Assembly (NCBI RefSeq): GCF_964355755.1
Contig: NC_092673.1
Span: forward strand, 1,922,001 to 1,986,000
Reading direction: 5' to 3'
From: Antedon mediterranea
Taxonomy: Eukaryota > Animalia > Echinodermata
Length of the DNA: 64,000 bases
Shown here: in pieces, positions 50,101 to 63,135 of the stretch
Position numbering within the stretch: position 1 is the first letter of the stretch
How the letters are laid out: each line of letters begins with the position of its first letter
Position numbers and translations under genes: made by a program
The notes under the pieces: generated by a model
What the model saw: only the letters and a program-made list of their open reading frames with translations
What the model was told of the DNA's origin: nothing
Database searches by the model: none

Positions 50101-53100
50101 CAAGCAAAGAGAAAAAGGTTGAAAAATTACCAAGTGAAAACAAAAAAGACGATAAAGTAGAGAGTAAAAAGGATGAAGAGAAAATTGATGTGAGGAAAAA
50201 ACCCCAAGAGAAAATTAGTGAAAAGAAAGACAAAACTGAAAGCATTAAAGAAAGGAAAAGTGATGCAAAAACTGAACCTAAAAAAGATAGATTTGGAAAG
50301 AAAGAACCTAAGGTGGATGAAAAGGTAGAAAAACACAAGAAATTGATGGAGGAAAAAGAGAAAAGTTTCTACTCTTACAACTTAATGCTAATTAATTTTA
50401 CTAATATTAATATTACCACAGTAAATGATGTGTGCCATAATAAACATATTACAGTTTAAAGCTCTGTCTACACCATCAAACTTTATGTGATGTACCCATA
50501 TATGGACATGATGATGTCATATCACTACTATATTTGGGCACATCACTACCATATATTGAAAACATTACATTTTGTATATACATAAAGTTTGGGAGTGTAG
50601 AGAGAGCTTAAAGATAAACAGGTTGATTTTGAACACCCATAGCAGTAACTAGCTTTTGTTGTACAAAATTATAAAATGTTTTAAAAAAACTGCCGTGTAA
50701 TAGAACCATTAAATAGAACTATTATCGTGCATTAGAACGTATAATGAATGGAATGTGGTACAAAATTGACCAATCAAATTGCAAGGATACACTTGGGTGT
50801 GTTATGAAACATAATTCTGTGTTTTGTTTGTCATTTTAGTGTGTTATGTGTTGACTTTATTTCTAACATATTCTGTACTCTATGTAGCTGTCATACTAAC
50901 AACATTAATATCATGTGGTTTTGTTTATTATATAAATTAAAATCTTGTAAAAATTAGTTTAGCATATCTCTGTGGTTTAGTATAATATTTTTATCTATCA
51001 CTGGATAAAGCTTGTTTAGCTATTGCAAAATTGTTTAATATAGTGGTTTATGATATTTAAAAATTATCAAATTAAATTTCAATATTTTTGGTTGGTATCT
51101 TTGAGATTTTACAATGATGCAAGGACATTTTAAATATAGTAGTTCTATTGTAACTAAATTTCCAATATGGAGCCCAGAAAGAAAAGTTCTTCTGATTTGA
51201 TTTATGTGTCATATTCTATTGCCAGCTTGTTTCATTTTGTACTTCAACGTATATGTTAAACCAAATATCTGTAGTAGTATTAGTAGTTGTAATAATGTAA
51301 TATTGTTTTATTTCTATATATTTCAGGTTTCCAGCAAGGTACCATCAGTGAGGCCTTCAGTACCAGAGAAATCACACATGGTACATTTACATGTTCTTTG
51401 TATTACCCAATGCTCACTACTGTATCTAAATTTTAACAGTTTCATAGAAAAATTCCATAATACAGCATCACATGTGTTCCAAATTGTCGCCTATAATCAT
51501 AGACCATAATCTAACCTCACATGATACAGGCATCACATGAGATGCTGTATTATAGAATATTGCTATGATACTGTACAAATATTGCCATATATAAACCATA
51601 GATTTTCTTATTGTTTTTCACAATAACATCCACATGTTGGTTTTAATCACTAACATATAAATGTTTGCTTTATAATATTATACAAGACAACATTTTAAAA
51701 ATAAAGCAGTAAATTTTATTTTTTGTTGATCCAACATAAAATATGATAGATGATTTTTTTTTTACAATATGGCAGATAATTGTGAATAATTTAATTGTGT
51801 TCTTCTTTTCAGACAGGAGAAGGCACGGATGAAAAGTGTATTAGCAAAGATCCGCAAATTAGCGAAACTTCAAAACAAGACGAATTGAAACAGAATAAAA
51901 AAGCAGCAGTGAAGAAATTAGGAAACAGAAAAAGTGGAAGAGGAAAACAAAAATCATCTGTAAGTTAAAAATCAGTCAATCATTCTTTAAATATCATTCT
52001 TTAAAAATCAAGTTAATCATAACAATAATATATTTTGAGAAATTGTTGAGAAACTAACCAAGAGTGGTTTAAATACTCTAGTGAAGGGTAAAACAATCCA
52101 ACATAAATACTATTTTAACTTCTGGTATATGAGGAAATATGCAGAGAGATGTTGTCATAGTAAATTATTTAGTTAACTATGAAAACATATTCTACTCAAC
52201 AAGTTTTGATTTTAGTAGATAATCCAAACATTTATTAATCAGTGGAAAATTGATTGTCATTTGCATATAAAATATATATAGAAATTATGAAACATATTTA
52301 TATACTAGGATACACAAGAAGACAGTAGTAGTATTGAGAAGAGAGGCCCATCCTCACCTGATGACGACAAAAATGAAGAAAAGTGTGACGCGAGTGAGAT
52401 AGAGGAGATGGATACAAGACGGTCAGAGAGTGACCGGGATGACCTATCAGTCCGTGGATCAGCATTCTTTGAGTCCATGCCAAACAGTCCTGCTTCCATT
52501 ACACCTAGGTAAGCACAGAAGCTTTTTTTTCATGAAGGTATAAATAGTGTGTTTAATTATTGCAGACAACCTTAAGCTCTGTCTATACTATCAAACTAGT
52601 TTGATAAAATAAATGTAATGTGGCAAAATACGGTAGTGATATGTTTAAATATGGTAGGGATATGACATCATCATGTCCATATATGGGCGGCACATCACAT
52701 TTTTTGTCACATGAAGTTTGACAGAGCTTTAGATGGAAAAAAAAATCTTTCCTTATCAGTCAAATCAGTTTCCAGAATGGGAGATGCAGATTAGGATAGA
52801 ACCCTCAAGATTACGATAACTAGAATATAACCGTTTTGTATACCGTGTGTTGATATTTGCATTATTTGTTCACTTTAGTGATGATCAAGATCATTCATAC
52901 AGAGCGTGGAGGAAAGCTATCATGTTGGTATGGAGAGCAGCAGCCAGTCACAAGTAAATATTATATCATTCACATTTAGTGCACATACTGAAAGTATATT
53001 GTCTCTTTACTGTTATCGTATTGTGGTGTAAGAGGGAAAGATTTAGGGGAGGGCTAGAGTAATAGATAAGAATAGTAATAATTGGACTGTAAATAAAGTG

Positions 53101-54046
53101 CTTCACATTATTACCCTGGTTATTTTTGGATCAAACAAAAATGGAAACATATACTACTATAATGCAGCCTTAGTACATTTGTGATTTAACCTTACCAGGT
53201 ACCCATTTGTACCCTGGGTGGAGAGAGGCAAACATAAGTAAAATATGTTGCCTAAAGGATACAAGCAATGCGACAAGCTTTCGACTCAACACACTGTGCC
53301 ATATGCCCTTATAAAATACTATATTTAACCAATATATAAAATGATTTATTTCTAGATGTGCCAACGTTTTTCTAAATCCAGTGACGGATGAAATAGCGCC
53401 AGGTTACAGCAGTGTAGTGTTCAGACCAATGGATTTATACACGATCAAAAAACACATTGAGAGCGGTGAAATACGCAGTACGCCAGAGTTCCAACGTGAT
53501 ATGATGTTAATGTTTAATAATGCTGTTATGTACAACAGTTCTGATCATAATGTATACCTTATGGCCAAGAATATGCAAAATGATGTCATGCGTCATATCG
53601 AGGTCAGTAAAGCATTCATTTCATTCCCTTCATTATCTGTAGTAGCATATTGAAATAAAATTGCACAATACCATTCAATTATCAATCATTAATTATATTA
53701 ATTTTCCTAATTTCATTAATAGGATTTCATCGCAACACAAATTATGGTGCCGCAGACGGAGTCCGGTAAAGTACTGCGAGCCAGAGAGACGTCTTCTAGA
53801 AGAGATGCATCTGATAAGGTGCGTAGTTAATAATTGTATTTTAGATTACTATGTGCTGAATTGTTTCAGACAGCCTGAGATAGTTAAAATGAAATTTACA
53901 GATTAGAATAGAATGTGAGATTCTCGTAATTTAATTAGAGTTTTGATGAAATGTCGTATTTGAACTTTCTGTTTTTCTTTTCATAGAATCAATCAGATGG
54001 GGAACATCATACAAAGAAGAGACGTGTAAGAAGTGATAATGAATAA
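44199..54046 (+). CDS. BRD8: Bromodomain-containing protein 8 (NuA4/TIP60 subunit)
   Basis: Exons include 44199-44220, 44923-45016 (WSLREKLCLVSSVMRSGDQNW), 45275-45344 (DWFSQK), 45717-45766, 46247-46450, several less certain low-complexity middle exons, 52879-52953 (WRKAIMLVWRAAASH), 53356-53602 (bromodomain NVFLNPVTDEIAPGY...NAVMYNSSDH), 53723-53818, 53987-54046. Confidence 0.95.
45978..46129. mobile_element. MITE family A copy
   Basis: Same TIRs, TAA TSD. Confidence 0.88.
47193..47329. mobile_element. MITE family A copy
   Basis: Same TIRs. Confidence 0.88.
48926..49050. mobile_element. MITE family A copy
   Basis: Same TIRs, TTA TSD. Confidence 0.85.
49535..49778. mobile_element. Harbinger-like MITE with internal 17-bp tandem repeat
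   Basis: ACACCTGTTCTGGCACAG / CCGTGCCGGAACAGGTGT, TAA flanks; CCGTGCCGGAACAGGAA x4. Confidence 0.75.
50460..50608. mobile_element. MITE family A copy
   Basis: Same TIRs, TAA TSD. Confidence 0.85.
51437..51574. mobile_element. Tc1/mariner-like palindromic MITE
   Basis: CAGTTTCATAG..CATAATACAGCATCACATGTG / CACATGAGATGCTGTATTATAG..CTATGATACTG-TA. Confidence 0.6.
52575..52728. mobile_element. MITE family A copy
   Basis: Same TIRs. Confidence 0.85.
53075..53308 (-). mobile_element. CORE-like SINE copy, decayed
   Basis: Reverse complement of the 27670 element (GGTACCCATTTGTACCCTGGGTGGAGAGAGGCAAAC); a further 3' fragment at about 46471-46540. Confidence 0.75.
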
Positions 54047-55096
54047 AAGAGAGGCGTGTAAGAAGTGATAATGAATAAAAGAGAGGCGTGTAAGAAGTGG
54101 TAATTGAAGTGAAACATGAAATGCACATACAACAAATAGCCCTATGATTTAGTATTTATATGAGATTAGCACATGCTATTGAAATGGACAGACAGACAGA
54201 CAGTAGATGCAGTATGTTTATGAGATCAGCACATACTTACTATGGAAATGGTGTACTTATGAGATCAATGCTACTGGCCAATTAAACAGTGAAGATGTTG
54301 CATAAAACTGCACCAAACAGTACATTCCCTGTATGCTGGGTACAAACCATTGGAAATCATGAACTTGTAAAATTACAATACAATTCTGTTAAACTTTAGT
54401 TTTCAACTTCACTTCATTGTACCTGTAGTGTATTTTTAAATACACATAATAATATCATCTGATTGTGTAAATGTATTTCTGTTTAATAAAAATATTTTTT
54501 TCAATATCGTTTTAATACTGTATCTCTTACTTATTTTCCAAGAGAAGAAAAAGTACAAGATCATCTGCCTTTTCGATCTTAGAAAAGCATGATAAAGACA
54601 TTTAGTGAACGTTTATAACATATTACAGGCTGGGTACCTGATTAATAGCAGTTAGCTACATCATCCATGAACTATATTGTATAATAAACTGTTGGAACAG
54701 ATTATGGTATGCGTTGCGGTGAAATGACGTTTATTCCATTTTAGAGAGTACTAGAAAATAGAATTGGATTAGAATAAAAAAATTAATCCATAATGAAATA
54801 AAAGCTGATTTTCTCTACAAGTACATGTGCATTTATTGTCCAAGGATTCATAATTTTATTTTAAAAAATTGATTTATAAAAAATAGAAACATCAATACAC
54901 TTTAAATTCACATGTTGCGCCCCATACGAAAGATGCGCAAAAACTTGCGTAAAAACTTTCTTTTGACAAGGAAGTAAAGTGTGGTAAACAAAACTCACGG
55001 ATGCTCACCACACGTCCACCACTTAAAAACCGGGTACGAAAATAGAAAATACGACGTACAAATGTTGGTTTTTCTTTTTGGATAACCAAGATAATT

Positions 55097-58000
55097 ATGT
55101 CTCAAAAGACCTTACCCCCACCTGAACAAGTCTGTGGGTGGGATGTCAGGCATGTAGCTGATTGGCTCCGTCATGTAAGTAGTTAAGTGAACTGGTTGAA
55201 GTTTCTAAAGAATTACGAATTAGCCTAGGCTAGGCCCTAGGCCTAGGTAGAAACTATACCGTATAGGCCTTAGTAGGCCTACTACAACGGTACGGTAGGC
55301 GGTTTCAATAAAGTAGTAGGGCCTAGCCTGACAATCCAGGTTAAAGATTGGTGTATAAAAATGCAATAGCAGTCACATTTTTTTTTTCAATTTCAGTAAT
55401 AATTAATAATATTTAATGATATCTCTAAAGTAAATTAGCCTAATAATGGCAGATTAATTTTTTTTTCGAAAAAGTTTTGAAGTATTCAAAATTAGTATAT
55501 TAAATTAATAGACTATATATACGGTAATGGTTGATATGATCAAATCAAATATATAATTATAATTTTTCGTTATGCTAACAATAAATAAGGAATTCTAAAT
55601 GGAAACATAAATTATATTAATATTATATTATTAGTCGATCTCTTTTCCTTGTAAATGACAGGTAATAATAATAGTTCACATATGTGTCTTATTTTTATTT
55701 AATGCAATATTTATTATTGTGTGTTTTCTTTTCTTGAGTGGTGTATATGGGCTATCCTTGATAAATAATAATATTTATTCAGCAAGTTCAGAAAAATACA
55801 TAATTTTCCAAGAGCAAATACAAAAAAAGTATTAAACAATTATTTTAAAAAACATTGTTTTTTTTTCTATTATATTTGTGTTGTTTTTCTTTCAGAATGA
55901 TATGCCAGAATTTATAATGCCATTTAGGATGAACAATGTGGATGGTACTAGACTACTTGTAGGTTTATATTATTCATATAAAAATCAACAACAACAACCA
56001 ATTACATTTACAATCAAAGACACTTTGAACTGTAATATTTAAACCCTATTTTACTTAAAAGTTCCTTGTGAATCGGCCATGCTTGTCTGAAATGGTCAGC
56101 AAAGTTGTGATTACACTACATAAATTGAGAAAGTGTCTTCTAAATGTGTATTGTTTTCAACATACCAAATATAATTTTACCTTAGTAGGTCTGCATATCA
56201 ACCAGAATGTTCCGGGTTCGAATCTTTGGTGGATCGAGCATACTTTCCTCATTTTAATAGTTTTCCTCATCTTCACCGTATATAAATAAATTTTTTTTTT
56301 ATTCTTTATTTCCTATATTTCATTTCATAAAACAATATAAATTACTTTACTTGGTTACATTACGAATTAATACAAAATAATAAAATAACCTTTTAAAGTT
56401 ATGAAATATATATGGCTATTTTTATACAAAAATATCAAAACAGATTTCATTGAAACAAAAAAAAGAAAGATGTGAAATAAAATTCTAACTATTTTTAAAA
56501 ACAATTTCATATACTGATTTCAAGTGATTTATGTGAGTTAATTAATTTCTAGTATATCAATAGGCTGTTTTGAATTTCTCTTATTTGATTCTGTAAATTT
56601 ATAAAATAAATATATAGTTTTTTTTTCAAAATCAAAAGCTCTGTCTACACTATCAAACTTTATCATATGTGACAAAAAAAATGTGATGTGCCCATATATG
56701 GACATAATGATGTCATATCACCATCATATTTGGGCAAATCACTATCATATTTTAGCACATCACACTTTCTTTGCTAGTTTGATAGTGTAGACAGCTTTAG
56801 GGAGACTGCTTAGTTTGATGTCTAATGATAATAATTAAGTAACACATGCTAAATATTTAATCTTGTTTTCTCTTCTTGAAATAAAGGATTTAGATGAAAA
56901 CACATTACGATCCTTTAGTACACACCTACCACAGACAAAAATAATGTAAGCATATATTATTTTATATTGTTTATTAGCTTGAGATACATTACTTTAAATC
57001 ATTATTTAGATAAGGATTTATATTCAATTAATTTTTCAGAAAACTCTTGGATAAAGTTAGGAAATCAAAAAAAGAAAAATCCAGTTTATTTAATAAGTTG
57101 TAAGTATGTTTATAATTCAGTTTTGTTGAAGATTTAGATTAATATAATTTATTTTGACGCTAATTTTAATATGACCAAAACCACAACACTATAATAAGGA
57201 CCATGCTAATTTTAAATGTGTGTTCTAAAGCTCTGTCTTCACTATCAAACTTTATTTGACAACAAAATGTGATATGCCCATATATGAACATGATGATGTC
57301 ATATCACTTCCATAATTGAGCATATCACTACCATATTTGGGCACATCACATTTTGTTATAGTTTGATGGCGTGGTCACCAGAGTTTTAGTTTACAATATG
57401 CACCTGTTTGCTCTATTTTGATAGATAAACTGTTATCATTATCATAATAAATTGTTAATTGCCTTCCCTGATTGCCTTCCCTGATTGCCTTCCCTGATTG
57501 CCTTCCCTGATTGCCTTATATCTTCTAATGTATTTATCTTTTATATTTATCTGTTTTTCATTCAATTATTTATTCACAAACATGGTGTCTCTGGATGATT
57601 AGACTTAAGCTCTGTCTACACTATCAAACTTTATGCGACAAAATAATGTAATGTGCCCATATATGGACATGATGATGTCATATCACTACCATATTTGGGT
57701 ATATCACTACCATATTTGGACACATCACACTTTTTTTGTCAAAGTAGTTTGATAGTGTAGACAGAGCTTTATTTATTTTCATTTACAGAAGACCTACTAA
57801 TCGTAATAGCAATGTTCCAGCCGTCCCTGATAGAGATTATAACAGACAACCTATAAGTAAGTACTTTACCACAGCAATGAAGGTAAAAAGTGCCTAAGCC
57901 TGTAGATCTGATCTCTAGGTTTAGGCACCCTGGTCCTATCTAAGACCAAGCAGGCTGTAGATCTGATCTCTAGGTTTAGGCACCCTGGTCCTATCTAAGA

Positions 58001-61000
58001 CCAAGCAGGCTGTAGATCTGATCTCTAGGTTTAGGCACCCTGGTCCTATCTAAGACCAAGCAGCCTGTAGATCTGATCTCTAGGTTTAGGCACCCTGGTC
58101 CTATCTAAGACCAAGCAGCCTGTAGATCTGATCTCTAGGTTTAGGCACCCTGGTTCTATCTAAGACCAAGCAGCCTGTAGATCTGATCTCTAGGTTTAGG
58201 CACCCTGGTCCTATCTAAGACCAAGCAGGCCACTGAATTATTTCAATTTGTTCATTTCTTTTCATTCTGTTCTAATTTTATTATATTATGTTATATAGAC
58301 TGGAAAACATCCTTTAACAATACACACATTTTTCATTATTTGTTATCGGGCCACCAAACTAGAATTTACGCTCTGTGTGAACATACCCTACTTCACCAGA
58401 ATTGTTTATTTTGAATTTACAATTTATTTTTGTGACAGTTTCTAGGATTGAAGATGAAGAAGAAGGCTGGGGATCAGATTTTTCTGATTCTGAAAATGAA
58501 GATGTAAGTATTTAAAAACAAATATTTTAAAACAATTAGAATCAAAATCAACTAGTCTTACTATCCACATGCTTGCCTACACAATTTCAAAGACAATTTT
58601 TGAGAACAGAAAGTAATTTGTTAATGGCATAAGATTTCATAAACAAAATGTACATTTTTATAGTGTCTATGCGTTTGGTGTTCACTGTAGCGGAACACTT
58701 CCCACAAACATTAATTATTTCCTTTTTACGAGTAGGAATTAAACTCTTACAATAAAAAATTGTAGTTGTCAACACTCCTAATACTAAAATCAAATAGTCA
58801 AAAATGTAGTTCCTTCTATTTTAAAATTCATTCATTTTAGGCCAGCCATGTTTTGGGAAACTTAAGTAGTTGATAATGCACTAAGTATTATATATTGTAA
58901 GGTGCTACAATAAACCTTTAATTAAAATAAAAGATAAGTGCAGTATACTTAGATGAAAATGTTAATTTAGAATGTAAAATATCATTTAATTATTTGAGTT
59001 TTCTTTCTGTAGAACTATGAGCCGCCACCGGATCCCACACAATCTGAAGGTATAAACTATATATTAATATTTGACTTCAAAATCAAAAGTAGTAAACTAC
59101 AGTATCTATCAGTTAAAATAAGTATTTGTTTCCACATTGATAATATAGTTTTTATGACACTTTGTAATCAGCGTTTTGTTGCTTTCAGTTATGTATACTT
59201 TGTATATTTTAAAACAAACACTACAATATAAGGCAGACTGAAATATACCCCGGGGTGTTATCTTACTAACATAATAGTAGAAATAATCAAAATCTGAAGT
59301 TGATAAAATCTGAAATTGTTTATGTATTTTTCTTTTACTAATATTATGTGGTTTTTTTTCTAGTCTCTAGATATCCACATTCAAATCAATCACAATTTGT
59401 AAGTATTATCAAATTGTTTTTTACTAGTTATTGCTAATGTTGCCAGGTGACAGAGTTTAGTATTGGGTACTATATAGTATCTATATAGTAATTTACTGCT
59501 AAATAGTATTGGGTACTATATGGTATATTTTATAACACCTAAATCAATTCCTGTCATTTGATTCGACGATTGTGGGTCACATGGCATGCAATAGTACGTA
59601 TTGTATTCATGGAATGGTACAAATAGTGTCATTCGGTGAATGATGACAGGTTATATTTCAAATTGGCTTCGCCTCGTGGAAGTATAACCTTTCATCATTC
59701 ACCTCATGCCATTATTTGTATATTTATACCATTACACTCATAAAAATGCATTATTTGTGTACTATATAGTATATATACAGTAGTAATTTACTACTAAATA
59801 GTAATTTACTACTAAATAATAATGTACTAATTACTACATAGTAATTTACTAATTGATGTCAATTTTAAGATATTTTATACAGCTTCTTGTTTTTAGTAAT
59901 CAATTAGATTTGATTTAAAATGTTTCCTTTCTGAGCTGTAAGGTTCCACATACATAAATCCTTAATGTAATGGTCTATACTACACATTTGATATTTGGAT
60001 AGTTTAATAATCAGTTGACATGTTGCCATGCTCATAGTTAATTCTTTCAATATTGAAACCTTTTATAATTTTTTATAAAAAGATTTTATGTTAATGTGTT
60101 GGATGTTGCATGTTGTAATCTAATTATTTATCTAACAGAAACAGGAACTGTCAAATATGATAATGAATCGCCCCGCTTGGCCTGCTACCGATACAAAAGC
60201 TCAGTTACAATCAGCATCCTCTACAGTAAATACACACAATACTTCCTCAATACATTCCACTCAGCCACTGATTCACACCAAAAGACAACCCCCTCTTAGC
60301 CTACTCAGTAAGCCTCTACCAATTCCACCAAATCATGCTAAATTACGCCCTATGAGTGATCCTTTTCCTGCTTCAGTTCATTTTTCCTCAAACCAAACAG
60401 CTAATTTAAATTCGAAAACCTCAAATCTACATTCACAAATTAAATCACATGAAAGGCTTAGTGGGAGGGATGTTGAGAGGACACCTGAAGGAGAAAGCGA
60501 GGTATACTCAAATCTACCAGATATTGATGAAGATGACAGTAACCTGTACTCAAGTTTAATACTGGATGGTGAGCAAAACAATACATATTCTTGTATATCA
60601 CATCAAGAAAGTGAGATTTACAATGGTCCTCCACATATTAACAATGGTACACAACAATTTGGCGAAACTGATGTTTACACAAGTCTACCAGATATTGATG
60701 ATAATGACAGCACAGACCTACAACAATTTGGCGAAACTGATGTTTACTCAAGTTTACCAGATATTGATGACGACGACATCACACACCTACAACAATTTGG
60801 CGAAACTGATGTTTACACAAGTCTACCAAATGTTGATGACGACAACAGCACAGACCTACAACAATTTGGCGAAACTGATGTTTACACAAGTCTACCAGAT
60901 GTAGATGATAATGACGATATCTCACACACACTTCCAAAAAGTGATTTTAAAGTACTCAAAAATGAAACCACACATGAATTTGATAATAATACCTTATCAA

Positions 61001-63135
61001 GTGAGTCAGCGAGAAACATTCCTGAAATATCATCAGTACGACAGGAAATTGTATCAACATTAAACAGCCTTCTGACAAAACCTCCAGGAAAAAAGACAAA
61101 TCCTGCAGATATAACGAAAGCACATGCAGATATAAAGAAAATACCTCCAGATATAAAGAAAAAACCTCCAGATGTAAAGAAAAAACCTCCAGATGTAAAG
61201 AAAAAACCTCCAGATGTAAAGAAAAAACCTGCTGTTAAACCTCGAATTAAGTTGGTTCCTAAGGTTAGCAGTAGCGCCGTTTCCAACTCTGCAGATACTT
61301 CAAACAGATCATCAACAGATTACACACCCAAAAGTATTCCAAAACATTTGGTAGGATATCAAATTATCATCATACATAAACATATTACTTCCTCATATAC
61401 GACATTGTTTTTTCATTTGGTTGAATAACATTTTGTTTTTACTAAATCAATATCAACGCTATCATTATGTATATGTAATATATTGTCATTACAGTTCATA
61501 TCGTTATGCGTGTTTTAATTCATTTATCGTAAAAATGCACAACAGTTAACTGTTCATCAAGATTACATGACTACACAGTACAGTACATGTTTCTTGTAGT
61601 CTTCAGTTTGTTCTGCTATAAGTTTCATTATACAGTCAACTCTCCTAATACTGGATAGCCTTGTGCTGGGCTAATTTGTCTGGTTTTCTGGTGATGTGAT
61701 CAGTCCCTGGAAACTTGGTTCGTTGGGAAAGGCCTGAATAATTTTAAAGATAGGAATCTTTGGTATGGTACACCTGTCAAATAACCCAACTTATTGGTGA
61801 ATGTGGCCCGGAATTTCCCTAAGCATGGTCAGGTTTTGCCAATCCTACATACTGTATTACCAGGAAAGGTACCTGCTCCCTTGGTGAATACTTGTTTCAG
61901 ATGTAGTTTAAGACTTTCCCAGTGTAATTGTGGTTATTTTAATAGTCCATGTGTATAGATGCTTGCGAACACAGCTACAAACTAACGCTCTCTCTTATAG
62001 TATAGATAACACACCTCTTTACCATTTTATTGGTGATCAACAGCTTTGCGTAAATTATTTGAATATGTTTATGATGTCGACTATTCTATCCGAGGTTTTA
62101 TTTTAATTTAGTTCCTCATTGGAGGAGAATTAGACCAGACCTTCCCTTTTTGTCTTATAATTATGTTTATCTAACTCAAGGCCCTTCCTGTTGATAGACT
62201 ACCATTCTTTGTACAGAGTTTCTTTTGTTTTTGTGAGTGTACTATAATCAATATTTATCATTTAATGATCAGTAATCAATCATGGAAGAAGGCGGCTCAG
62301 TTGTATTTCCAACTTTATAATATTGAATTTAATTCCAAATTATGTCTGAAAAAATACTGTTATAAAATGTGAATATTTAAACTTGAAAATATGCTAATTT
62401 AAACTGTGAATTGTAATATTTTTTTTACTATGTCAACTCATTTTACCTTACATAGTAAACTACAAACTTTTCATTTAATTTCTTAATTGTTATCTTTTTC
62501 TGTTTCTTATGAATAAATATTTGTTTTGTTTATTAATAATCAACCAGCCTAGTATCAATACACTGACATATGTCACAACATATCAAAATGAACAATTCTA
62601 TAACTCAAGTGAGCCAGCTACAATTAAATGGTTTCAAATTCCATATCAACAAAATACATAGCAACATAAGTAATGTAAAATAATAGCGGAGGTATACACA
62701 GACTAAGGGTTCGGTCTTAAGTCTAGGTTTGACCCACCCAAATAAATATAACATTATGAAACATAAACATGGATAGACAAAAAAGTTCCTATAATAACCA
62801 AACAATTGAAAAGCAATGATTTTTTAAACAAGGATACAATCTAAATATACATTCTCATATCTTTTGCCAAAAAATATAATATTTATTGGAAACTCCACTA
62901 TTACAACAGTGGCATACTTTGATGATAAAGGTGCGTCCAAATAGCAATAATAATAATAACCAAGAAAGATTGTAAATACTATATTAAATACTATAGCATT
63001 TTAAATGAGCTTGAAACTCTAAAACTACTTTTCTTATTTATATAATGTATTAAGAATACTAATGCAATAAATGATGAAGATGAGCTGTACTTCATACCAG
63101 TTGAAAATCCTCACGAAACACATCGACAACCTTTT
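55097..63135 (+). CDS. SLP-76/LCP2/BLNK-family adaptor: N-terminal SAM domain, acidic tyrosine motifs, proline-rich region; 3' end (expected SH2) beyond the window
   Basis: Exons 55097-55174 (PPPEQVCGWDVRHVADWLRH), 55896-55958 (NNVDGTRLL), 56887-56945, 57040-57099, 57789-57856, 58439-58503 (EEEGWGSDF), 59013-59049 (NYEPPP), 59364-59398, 60139-61350, 63055-63135 (DELYFIP); phases consistent. SH2 not seen. Confidence 0.75.
56637..56796. mobile_element. MITE family A copy
   Basis: Same TIRs. Confidence 0.85.
57229..57385. mobile_element. MITE family A copy, right end decayed
   Basis: Left TIR and internal repeats. Confidence 0.8.
57458..57517. repeat. 13-bp tandem repeat, about 4.6 copies
   Basis: Unit ATTGCCTTCCCTG. 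Confidence 0.9.
57608..57768. mobile_element. MITE family A copy
   Basis: Same TIRs, TTA TSD. Confidence 0.9.
57898..58227. repeat. 55-bp tandem repeat, 6 copies
   Basis: Unit GCCTGTAGATCTGATCTCTAGGTTTAGGCACCCTGGTCCTATCTAAGACCAAGCA. Confidence 0.96.
59615..59720. repeat. Hairpin-forming interspersed repeat
   Basis: GGTGAATGATGACAGGTTATA / TATAACCTTTCATCATTCACC around GGCTTCGCC. Confidence 0.6.
60652..60918 (+). repeat. Coding 69-bp (23-aa) tandem repeat, 4 copies
   Basis: CAACAATTTGGCGAAACTGATGTTTAC at 60652, 60721, 60790 and 60859. Confidence 0.93.
61128..61230 (+). repeat. Coding 21-bp (7-aa) tandem repeat, about 5 copies
   Basis: D(I/V)KKKPP units. Confidence 0.9.

Noticed and set aside
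49982-50338. Hydrophobic minus-strand ORFs (also 60882-61286)
   Set aside because: Antisense shadows of K/E-rich and KKPP-rich coding exons
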